Assembly: GCA_051532055.1 (NCBI GenBank)
Contig: JAOPTX010000003.1
Location: 167,356 to 231,355, forward strand
Reading direction: 5' to 3'
From: Fibrobacterales bacterium
GTDB taxonomy: Bacteria; Fibrobacterota; Fibrobacteria; Fibrobacterales; JAOPTW01
Length of the DNA: 64,000 bases
Of the stretch, positions 55,953 through 64,000 are shown piece by piece. Under the pieces are notes generated by a model. It was not told the DNA's origin. It saw only the letters and a program-made list of their open reading frames with translations, and made no database searches. Both the position numbers and the translations under genes were made by a program. How positions within the stretch are numbered: position 1 is the stretch's first letter; every line of letters starts with the position of its first letter.

Positions 55953-57671
55953 ATGCGAGTGAAAACTCTTGTTATATTCATGTCTATATTTTTGACCCAC
56001 TGTGAACAGGGGGGGAAGGATATCACCTCAAATACTAAACCAGAAGGCGCTGAGATCAGTTCAAGTGATGACGGAATAGGCCCTTATGAACACCTCCTTT
56101 TATTAAAAGATTCTCTTAAGCATATTGATGGTATGATTCTCAGGGAAACAGACTTGGATAAGATTGCTTCGCTTGAGAATGTACAAGAGTTATTTTTTAA
56201 CAGGTTTAGTGAAAAGGCTTTCAGCTATAAGGATGAACAAGATGCCTTATTTGCAGATGCTCTCAATTTAAAAGATAGTCTTATCGATCAAGAAGCACGT
56301 CAAAGTGCTATTAATGCTGCCCAAATAGAGGTTAACATCTATAGTGTCACTGTGGATAAGGCGAATAAATTAGTGACGTTTATTAACGGTCGCACACCGC
56401 TCCCCATTGAAAGTTCAAGTACTACAAGGCCAACATCTGAGTCATCTGAGGAGGGAACTGAACATACAGAATCAAGTTCATTAATACCGCAATCAAGTGA
56501 AAGAGGGGATGAGAGTACTACTCATTCGGAAACTACCGAGTCATCTCACCAAGCAGAATCAAGTTCCCAGAGAGGTATTTCAAGCGCAGAAGCATCGAGC
56601 AGTACACTATCACAGGGTATCAGTTCTGAGACAATGAATTTGAGTAGTGCTCTACATTCATCAAGCTCAATCAGCACTCCTACTATTAATAGTGTGCCAG
56701 TATTTAGTCCTGCAACACCGACTCATTCTATAAAAACAGGTGTGGATACGGCTTACTCATTTGACCTAGCGGCCGCAGATGTTGATGGTGATCCAATCAC
56801 ATGGAAGGTTAAATCAGGAAATAACCCTACTCACGGTACTGTGAGCTTTGCTTCAGCATCTACTCATAATAATACGATTACTTATACCCCCGATTCGGGG
56901 TATTCAGGAACTGATAGTTTTGTATTAAAGATTATTGATGGAAATGGGGGATCTTCTACCATGACCATTGATGTAACGATACTCGCTAAAACGGCCCCAC
57001 CCGTTCCCGATTTAGCATTGACCTTTGATGGTGATAATGATTATGTTGATCTCCCACCTGTGGATTTAGATTTTTCAAATGGGTTGACAATCGAATGTTG
57101 GATACGTTTTTCCACACCGAGAGCCTATGAGCGCATCATTGAATGGGGGAATGGAGTCACGAATGATAATGTAATTTTACTCGTAGATGGTGCAAATACC
57201 AAAAGCTTATACTTTAGGGTATATCATGGGACTAAGGGCCAGAGTAAAGTGTTGGCTAATAACATATTAAATGGAGTATCAAATACCTGGACACATATTG
57301 CAATGACTCTTTCTAATGCCGGTGTGGTTACCTTTTATAAAAACGGAAAAAAGCATAATGATGTTACGGGGAACCCTTCTGCTGTTCCCTTAGAAATTAC
57401 ACGTTCCTCTAATTTTATTGGAGAGAGTAATTGGAGTAACGACCCCGAATTTAAGGGTGCAATGGATGAATTTCGCATTTGGAAAACAGTGCGCTCACTA
57501 TCTGATATTGCTGATGCAATGGATAGTAGACTCACCGGAACAGAACAGGGATTAAAGCATCTCTGGAGCTTCGATGACGGTTCGGGAACTAAGGTAACTG
57601 ACTTAGTAAATTCGGCGGGTAATGGTACTACGAAGAATATGAGTATTGGTACTGCTTGGATTTCTCGTTAG
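55953..57671 (+). CDS. Probable lipoprotein with Ser-rich linker, cadherin-like/Big_9 Ig domain and LamG jellyroll
   Basis: MRVKTLVIFMSIFLTH-C; DVDGDPIT...P.HGTV...YTPDSGYSGTDSF; FDGDNDYV, WTHIAMT, F.G.MDEFRIW. Start uncertain (55884/55932/55953). Confidence 0.8.
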   Translation: MRVKTLVIFMSIFLTHCEQGGKDITSNTKPEGAEISSSDDGIGPYEHLLLLKDSLKHIDGMILRETDLDKIASLENVQELFFNRFSEKAFSYKDEQDALFADALNLKDSLIDQEARQSAINAAQIEVNIYSVTVDKANKLVTFINGRTPLPIESSSTTRPTSESSEEGTEHTESSSLIPQSSERGDESTTHSETTESSHQAESSSQRGISSAEASSSTLSQGISSETMNLSSALHSSSSISTPTINSVPVFSPATPTHSIKTGVDTAYSFDLAAADVDGDPITWKVKSGNNPTHGTVSFASASTHNNTITYTPDSGYSGTDSFVLKIIDGNGGSSTMTIDVTILAKTAPPVPDLALTFDGDNDYVDLPPVDLDFSNGLTIECWIRFSTPRAYERIIEWGNGVTNDNVILLVDGANTKSLYFRVYHGTKGQSKVLANNILNGVSNTWTHIAMTLSNAGVVTFYKNGKKHNDVTGNPSAVPLEITRSSNFIGESNWSNDPEFKGAMDEFRIWKTVRSLSDIADAMDSRLTGTEQGLKHLWSFDDGSGTKVTDLVNSAGNGTTKNMSIGTAWISR

Positions 57672-57793
57672 TGATATACTATACAGTGAACGTGTTTTCT
57701 GACAGTGAACAGTAATGGTTTAAAAATTAAGTGAATTGATTTTTTTATTAGGTTAGTTGCTAATTTACTTTGTAACAATTTACAGAGGTAATT

Positions 57794-59548
57794 ATGATTA
57801 ATAAAATGTGCTTCGTTTTTCTTTTGACTTTTATTGTATTCCTTTCTTGTACTGCTGAAAATGGCTTAAATAGCGATCCTATCGTTGAAAATTCCCTCAT
57901 ATTATGTAATGATTCACTTGATAATGATGGCGATTCTTTTATTGATTGTCTCGATCAAGATTGTAAAGTATTTACATTTTGTGCCGTAACGCAACAGAGT
58001 AGTAGTTCATCTTTACTCGGTGGAGTAGTGAGTTCAGCAGCTATGAATCCTGAAAGTATTAGTTCTCATGATACTGTCAGTGTATCACCCACTGCACAAT
58101 CAGTGACATCGCCGTTAAGTAGCGATAACAATAGTGTTCCGGAAAATATTAGTTCTCATGATATTGTCAGTTCATCACTTACTGCACAATCAGTGACATC
58201 ACCGTTAAGTAGCAATAACAATAGTGTTCCGGAAAATAATAGTTCTCATATGAGTGTTGGCTCATCACTCGTTACTCCGCCTGAGTTATCGTCGGCGAGT
58301 AGTAATCAAGAGGGTAGATCAATAAATTTGGCTCCCTTGGTGACTGACATCATTGCAAAAAAGTATGTGGTTACTATTGGTGATTCGGTAACATTTTGGG
58401 CTGAAGGGTCTGACCCTAATGGTTTTTCAGACATTACTCAGTATCAATGGGACCTGAATGGTGACGGGGTATTTGAGTATACCGAAACAACTCAGCTATT
58501 TAAAAGACATGTAATAACCGTCGCCTATGACACCCCAGGAGATTACACGTTAGATTTTAAAATAATTGATAAATCAGGTGCTGAAGTCCTTGCATCTCAG
58601 AGTATTCAACAGTTACCTCAAGTAATAGTTATAAATGAACCACCGACATTGGTTGACTGCCCGGATGTAACGGTAAATCGAAGAAAGAGTGTGTCGTTAA
58701 TCTGCCAGGCTGAAGACAAGAATGAAACAGCAGAGGGAGTAGTAGCAGGCTCAGAGGGCGTCCTTACTTATTCTTGGGATATTAATGCAGACTTAACGGT
58801 CGATACGGTTACTACTGGAGGTGTATTAACGGTTGATATTGATTATACTGTAGACACAACCATTGCAGTGCTTGTTACTATAACTGATGATGATGCAAAC
58901 AGTATTTCAAAAGAGATACTCATTGGAGTGCATAATGATGGGTTTGATCCAGATGGCTTACAGTGCATTGATCCGTTGCCTTTGAGGGAGTCAGACTCTC
59001 CAACGTACCAAGAAACAGACCTATTAAAGCATAGGTCTATTATACCCGTATATCTTCCAATTGGAGTATGGGGTTACGATAATGATCTTACTTTTGATCG
59101 TATTAGTGTTGGATGTGGATATTCCGATGATTGTATACTCCAGGTTTCTTTTGATTGTACACGCAATGACGTCAATGAAACACAGTATATTGGAGCATCA
59201 TTTTTAAGTGGTAGAAATGACTGGAGTTATGATCACACTTGGGGTGGCGATGAACCTACTACTTTAGTAGGAGAGTTTGCAGGGTCGGGATACTTAATTA
59301 TAGGATCATTTGGGGCTCAGGAATCGATACAGTTAACACAAGAGTATCAACCACTTACCCTCACTCTTGATTATGCTCAGCACATTATGGATCAAGCTAA
59401 TCCAATTTCAGAAGACGCGCCTGTATCCACAGACTATGCCGATAATAAGCTGTTTAATACACCGGTAAGTTTGATTGTGCATCAAATTGACTCTACCGAC
59501 ACGGAAGAAGTAATTTGGGTTAACATTAAGAATTTGATGTTTGAGTAG
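57794..59548 (+). CDS. Lipoprotein with C.D..DNDGD..IDC.D.DC motif, duplicated Ser-rich linker and two PKD-like domains
   Basis: RBS gaggt; lipobox FLS-C; YQWDLNGDGVFE...YDTPGDYT; YSWD...VTITDDD. Confidence 0.78.
   Translation: MINKMCFVFLLTFIVFLSCTAENGLNSDPIVENSLILCNDSLDNDGDSFIDCLDQDCKVFTFCAVTQQSSSSSLLGGVVSSAAMNPESISSHDTVSVSPTAQSVTSPLSSDNNSVPENISSHDIVSSSLTAQSVTSPLSSNNNSVPENNSSHMSVGSSLVTPPELSSASSNQEGRSINLAPLVTDIIAKKYVVTIGDSVTFWAEGSDPNGFSDITQYQWDLNGDGVFEYTETTQLFKRHVITVAYDTPGDYTLDFKIIDKSGAEVLASQSIQQLPQVIVINEPPTLVDCPDVTVNRRKSVSLICQAEDKNETAEGVVAGSEGVLTYSWDINADLTVDTVTTGGVLTVDIDYTVDTTIAVLVTITDDDANSISKEILIGVHNDGFDPDGLQCIDPLPLRESDSPTYQETDLLKHRSIIPVYLPIGVWGYDNDLTFDRISVGCGYSDDCILQVSFDCTRNDVNETQYIGASFLSGRNDWSYDHTWGGDEPTTLVGEFAGSGYLIIGSFGAQESIQLTQEYQPLTLTLDYAQHIMDQANPISEDAPVSTDYADNKLFNTPVSLIVHQIDSTDTEEVIWVNIKNLMFE
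58049..58249 (+). repeat. 90-bp coding tandem duplication (about 2.2 copies)
   Basis: PESISSHDTVSVSPTAQSVTSPLSSDNNSV / PENISSHDIVSSSLTAQSVTSPLSSNNNSV / PENNSSH at 58049, 58139 and 58229. Confidence 0.9.
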
Positions 59549-59785
59549 CTATACCTATACTGTAGGTTGCTAGAGTTAATTGTAATCATTTTGGGGGCAT
59601 ATACATTCAATTCGAGCGAAAAGCTTTAGTGGAGATGGAGACTATACTAAGGGATTATGGGTCAAAATTCTATATTATCTCGCTTTTGCGCATACAATAA
59701 TTTACTTTATAATTAACGCAATCATCGGGTGAACCCTACGTTTGGATGTGTGGGCATATTTACCCAAGCACAAAAGTGGTTAATT

Positions 59786-60244
59786 ATGAAGCCAGTGATC
59801 AGAATTGCAACCATAGATGATGTTGATAGCATTGTACCGCTTCTTACTGAGCTGTACGATCAAGTAATTGATCTTGTTCCCGACCCTCAAGCTCAACAGA
59901 CTGGTATTTCAAAAATAATTTCAAACCCTGATATTGGTACTGTGTTAATCGCTTTAATTAATAAGAATGTAATCGGGGTACTCAATATTCAATATTCAAT
60001 AAGCGCTGCTAAAGGTGGTGTGGTTGCAAATTTTGACGACTTAATTATTACCAAAGAATATCAGAGTAAAGGAATGGGGGCGTATTTATTGCAAGCCGGA
60101 ATAGACCATGTCAAGAAATTAAACATACCTCGCATTAGTTTATTAACTGATTTTGATAATGACACCGCGATTGCGTTTTATGAAAAACATGGCTTCTCAA
60201 AGTCTGCCATGATTCCATTTGTATTACAGATTGACAATAGATAA
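59786..60244 (+). CDS. GNAT family N-acetyltransferase
   Basis: IRIAT..D, motif A YQSKGMGAYLL, N..AIAFYEKHGF. Confidence 0.9.
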   Translation: MKPVIRIATIDDVDSIVPLLTELYDQVIDLVPDPQAQQTGISKIISNPDIGTVLIALINKNVIGVLNIQYSISAAKGGVVANFDDLIITKEYQSKGMGAYLLQAGIDHVKKLNIPRISLLTDFDNDTAIAFYEKHGFSKSAMIPFVLQIDNR

Positions 60245-60392
60245 TCGGTTATTAATCGATATTTACGTTGGGGAATACCAATAGGCCTAAAATAAGCATC
60301 TCATCAGGATTGTTTTCCATATAATTTTAAAATAAAGTATCACAATGTAATGCTGGTTTCGTTTTATATGAAATAACCATCATGGAGAAATC

Positions 60393-60779
60393 ATGAAAAT
60401 TTCATTTCTATTACCTGTTTCAATTGTATGCACCTATGCCTTTATAGCCTTTACCTCATGTGAATTAACTGAAAGCTGTGCATGCACTTCTGATATTCGT
60501 TTTAATTATTGTGTTACGATTAATGGGAAGGATTCAATACCAGATTTTCTCGATATTATCAGAATATCCAACCTCAGAACCGACACTCTTTCAAATACTA
60601 TGGACTACAGCAACAACTGTTTTGATGAGATCTCTGGCACTACTCAGGTTAAGATTGTTAAGAACAATTCCATCATAGCCGAAAAGAATGATATTGTCAC
60701 TAAGACGGTTGATTGTTGTCATTCTGAGCCCATTATTGTGGACTTTGTGCTGAGTGATTCACTGTTGTTTCGTGATTAA
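60393..60779 (+). CDS. Small Cys-containing lipoprotein
   Basis: RBS ggaga; lipobox FTS-C; CACTSD...C...C...CCH. Confidence 0.65.
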   Translation: MKISFLLPVSIVCTYAFIAFTSCELTESCACTSDIRFNYCVTINGKDSIPDFLDIIRISNLRTDTLSNTMDYSNNCFDEISGTTQVKIVKNNSIIAEKNDIVTKTVDCCHSEPIIVDFVLSDSLLFRD

Positions 60780-60884
60780 TAACTATGGTTACAATAGTAG
60801 CGAAATGAATTTTACTATCTAAATATTATTTTCGCATGTATTACTCTGTAGGATTAAGGGTATGAGCCAGGAATGTCGCTCAGA

Positions 60885-62363
60885 TTAAAGTCGGGTATCC
60901 ACTCCTAAAATTTTTATGAGAAGCTCTTCATCAAGGGGTTTGAGTAAAAAACCATTAAACCCTTTTGCTCTAATTTCTTCCAGGGAAATACTATAATCAC
61001 TTGCAGTGAGTAAATAAATCGGTGTTTCAGAATCATGTTCTCTAATTTTTTCTGTAAGCATATACCCATTACCATTAGGCATTTCGAGGTCAGTAAACAC
61101 GAATTCGGGCTTGTTCTCTTTGTATAAGGCATAGGCAGTTGTCCCATCCTGAGCACAAAGAACTTCAAAATTAAGGGCTTCGAGTTGGTTTTTCATAATT
61201 TCAATATTTATATCATTATCATCGGCAATGAGAATGCGGTTAATTCTTTTTGATGTTTTATGGGTCGGGACAATAGATCCTCCAAGATTGAGAATTTCTT
61301 CATCAAAATCAGCATAGGTAATTGCTATGTTTCTGAAGGTATCTTGAATTTCACAAAAACACGTAACGATATCTGGATCAAAATGTGAACCACTCCCTTC
61401 TTTAATTATAGCGACTGCTTTATCCTGTCCAAAGGGTTCTTTATATACTCGTTTACTAATAAGTGCATCATACACGTCGGCTATGGCCATCAATCTACCG
61501 GCCAAAGGGATTTCCTCGCCCTTCAGTTGTTGAGGATAGCCTGAACCGTCCCATTTTTCATGGTGGTAAAATGCGAGATCCTGAGCTGCTTTGAGCACCT
61601 CTTTATTTTTTAGCTTGTTTCCGATTTTTGTGAGGATATCGTATCCATATTGAGCATGCTCCTTCATCGTGTTGAATTCATCCGAGGTGAGTTTACCTGG
61701 TTTTAGCAGTATAGTATCCGCTATACCAACTTTACCTATGTCGTGGAGAGGAGCGGAGGTGTGCAGTATATCAATATATGAATCAGAAAGTTTGTTTGAA
61801 TATTTGGGGTGGGAATTTAATTTTTTGGCCAATGCTTTGATGTAGTTTTGTGTTCTTTTAATATGGCCACCTGTTTCCGGGTCTCGATATTCGGCAATTG
61901 TTCCTAGACTTTCAATTAAAACTCTTTGGGTGAGTTCAAGCCCTAGTGTACGCTCCTTTATTAAAAGTTCAAGCGTATCTCGATGATTTTTTAGTGCAAG
62001 ATGAGTAGTTATTCGCGCGTTAAGTAAGTCATGATCAAACGGCTTACTGATGAAGTCTGCAGCACCTATTTCTAGGCCTTTACATGCATGTTCAACATCG
62101 GTTAGTGCCGTTAGGAATATGATAGGAATATTTTGTGTACTAGGTTTTGCTTTCAATGTCTTACACACTTCAAATCCATCAATGTCTGGCATCATTATAT
62201 CCAGAAGAATAAGATCAGGAATGTTTGTTAGAGCGATATGTAAACCCTCTTTACCTTCTGTTGCTACGTAGAGAGTGTAATGGTCTTGTAATGATTCAAT
62301 GAGAATGTCGATATTTTCAGGAGTATCGTCTATTATAAGAACACTATATTGTTTATCCGACAT
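60885..62363 (-). CDS. Response regulator / c-di-GMP phosphodiesterase, REC-HD-GYP-REC (RpfG-like)
   Basis: LIIDD, LLDIMMP, KP; RDPETGGH, LHDIGK, HHEKWDGSGYP, ADVYDAL; second REC with LIADD, FTDLEMP, KP. Confidence 0.93.
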   Translation of the reverse strand: MSDKQYSVLIIDDTPENIDILIESLQDHYTLYVATEGKEGLHIALTNIPDLILLDIMMPDIDGFEVCKTLKAKPSTQNIPIIFLTALTDVEHACKGLEIGAADFISKPFDHDLLNARITTHLALKNHRDTLELLIKERTLGLELTQRVLIESLGTIAEYRDPETGGHIKRTQNYIKALAKKLNSHPKYSNKLSDSYIDILHTSAPLHDIGKVGIADTILLKPGKLTSDEFNTMKEHAQYGYDILTKIGNKLKNKEVLKAAQDLAFYHHEKWDGSGYPQQLKGEEIPLAGRLMAIADVYDALISKRVYKEPFGQDKAVAIIKEGSGSHFDPDIVTCFCEIQDTFRNIAITYADFDEEILNLGGSIVPTHKTSKRINRILIADDNDINIEIMKNQLEALNFEVLCAQDGTTAYALYKENKPEFVFTDLEMPNGNGYMLTEKIREHDSETPIYLLTASDYSISLEEIRAKGFNGFLLKPLDEELLIKILGVDTRL

Positions 62364-62422
62364 ATCGAAACTCCTTTGCCATATTTGAAGAGTGAATGTA
62401 AATTCTGTCGATAAATAATATT

Positions 62423-64000
62423 TTAGGTGTTTTCATGCTGCACTTCATTTTTTAATTGTTTAATACAATTTAAAGCCTCTGAGAAGTTATAACCATTTAT
62501 ATGCTCTTCTAATATTTTCGAATAATCAATACTTGCAGAGTGCGGCAGATCATATTGTTTTAGTGTTTTTATAATATTTTTACATTCAATTGGCTGTTGG
62601 TTGATAAGGCACTGCTCTAAAGAAAGTATGGTGTTCATTAATTGTATGGTATTAGGTGGGGTCCCTTCCTGTTGAAAAGTAGAGAGTGGGGGAGTATTTG
62701 CAGCCTCTTTTTCAATTATGGTATGAATTACTTCAAGCAATTGGGCAAAACTATCTCTTAAAAGTTCGAAAAGTGATTCTAAAGTATCGCTTTTTTGATC
62801 AATAGCTACTTCAAGTTTTGAAGTGACTTCTTGAAGTTCGGTTGCGCCAATATTTGCAGAAAGTCCTTTTAAAGTATGTAGGAGTATTTTTGAATCTATT
62901 ATTTTGTTTTTATTATGCGTGTCTTTAATCTTTTTGGGATAATCAGAATATTCACTCTCAAACTTTTTAATGATTTTTAAAAACAATACTTTATTGCCAG
63001 ACATCCTTTTTATTGCCTTGTCGGTATTGAGTATTGGTGAATAATCCTGAATTGTATTAGTATCCAGGCATTCTTGTACATCAGTTTGAGAACTGTCTTC
63101 AATGGCTGATCCAGCCCCCAGCCATTGGTTGAGGACTGTAAAAAGTACTTCTGGTTCAATAGGCTTTGATAGGTGATCATTCATGCCCGCCTCTAAACTT
63201 TGATCAATTTGTTCTTGGAATGCATGAGCGGTCATGGCTATTATAGGTAGCTCAGTTTTACTTTGTCCAGGGAGTGACCGAATAATCTGTGTAGCCTGAA
63301 GGCCATCCATAACCGGCATTTGTATGTCCATAAAAACAAGGTCGTATTGATTGTTTTTAATCTGGTTTATAGCCTCTTTACCATTGTTGGCAATGTCAAT
63401 ATGAAGGTTGGCTAAGGTAAGAATTTCCATAACGACTTCTTGGTTAATTTCATTGTCTTCAACCAGAAGAATTTTTTTGTCTGACATTGTTGATTCGAGT
63501 GAAGAGGGGAGGGGGTTTTGGGAGGTGCTTTTATAGGAGGTTAGTATTGAATCTTTTAGTACACTTATAATTGTATTGAACATTATAGAGGGTTGGATAG
63601 GTTTAATTAGAATATTGTCAAAAAATGGTTTATCTGGGACGCTTATAATTGATTCTCGGTCGGCTTCTGCCGTGAGAGCGATTCGTTTTGGGCAAGGATA
63701 ATTATTTTCTAGATTATCCATTTGATGAAGTAACCCGATGCCGTCTGTATCATCGTCTGTCTTTATGTTTACTATAGCCAGTTTAAATGGCATCTTATGT
63801 AAACTTGCATTTTTTAGGAGTTCTAAGGCTTCATTTTCTGTTTTACATTCCTCAACTTTGAATTTAAACGAGCGAAGATGTCTTGTTATTGTGTTGAGTA
63901 CGGCTTGACTAGAATCCATAACAAGGACTTTTAGATTTTGAAACTCATCTGTTTTTTTGGGGATACCTGTGTTTTCTGTAACAGCTTCTTCAAATAAAAT
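62423..64000 (-). CDS. C-terminal part (pseudo-REC, REC, Hpt) of a hybrid sensor histidine kinase; 5' end beyond window
   Basis: Frame is open to 64000; LLVEDNEIN, FMDIQMP.MDG, AMTA, KP; Hpt LHTLKGLSANIGA. Confidence 0.9.
   Translation of the reverse strand: MLFEEAVTENTGIPKKTDEFQNLKVLVMDSSQAVLNTITRHLRSFKFKVEECKTENEALELLKNASLHKMPFKLAIVNIKTDDDTDGIGLLHQMDNLENNYPCPKRIALTAEADRESIISVPDKPFFDNILIKPIQPSIMFNTIISVLKDSILTSYKSTSQNPLPSSLESTMSDKKILLVEDNEINQEVVMEILTLANLHIDIANNGKEAINQIKNNQYDLVFMDIQMPVMDGLQATQIIRSLPGQSKTELPIIAMTAHAFQEQIDQSLEAGMNDHLSKPIEPEVLFTVLNQWLGAGSAIEDSSQTDVQECLDTNTIQDYSPILNTDKAIKRMSGNKVLFLKIIKKFESEYSDYPKKIKDTHNKNKIIDSKILLHTLKGLSANIGATELQEVTSKLEVAIDQKSDTLESLFELLRDSFAQLLEVIHTIIEKEAANTPPLSTFQQEGTPPNTIQLMNTILSLEQCLINQQPIECKNIIKTLKQYDLPHSASIDYSKILEEHINGYNFSEALNCIKQLKNEVQHENT

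Noticed and set aside
1234..62271. Numerous 60-146-aa ORFs overlapping the long genes (antisense or alternate frame), including 16681-16944, 10728-10919, 54565-54825 and 55803-56000
   Set aside because: They are shadows of well-supported CDSs or AT-rich intergenic ORFs, with no recognisable motifs or convincing RBS.

Overview
AT-rich bacterial window, most likely from a Fibrobacterota genome. The evidence is three genes carrying FISUMP/Fib_succ_major domains, a TIGR02147-like protein, Ser-rich linkers throughout and T9SS-like C-terminal tails. It opens inside a large Rhs polymorphic toxin with a HEFGH metallopeptidase C-terminus, followed by a lipoprotein immunity candidate and three orphan exported-protein genes flanked by a 14-bp direct repeat. 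A housekeeping-like block follows (U32/RlhA-type, ABC exporter, aldehyde dehydrogenase, MazG-like, rlmF). About 45 kb is then dominated by modular surface and secreted proteins: a GH5 with four F-type (fucose) lectin domains, a GH30, and proteins with AbfB/CBM42, CBM56, CBM32, ricin, LamG, GLUG, BNR and VWC/pacifastin-like domains. The window ends in a REC-HD-GYP-REC regulator and a truncated hybrid kinase. I saw no rRNA, tRNA, CRISPR array, integrase or transposase. The most notable signals are the GH5-(F-lectin/TSP3)n architecture, helically phased operator-like repeats at 54.6-54.9 kb, the TIGR02147/AbfB-lipoprotein divergon, a Cys-rich insertion in the Rhs shell, and a 46-aa lipoprotein missed by the ORF track. 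All family calls come from motif recognition by eye, not database searches.
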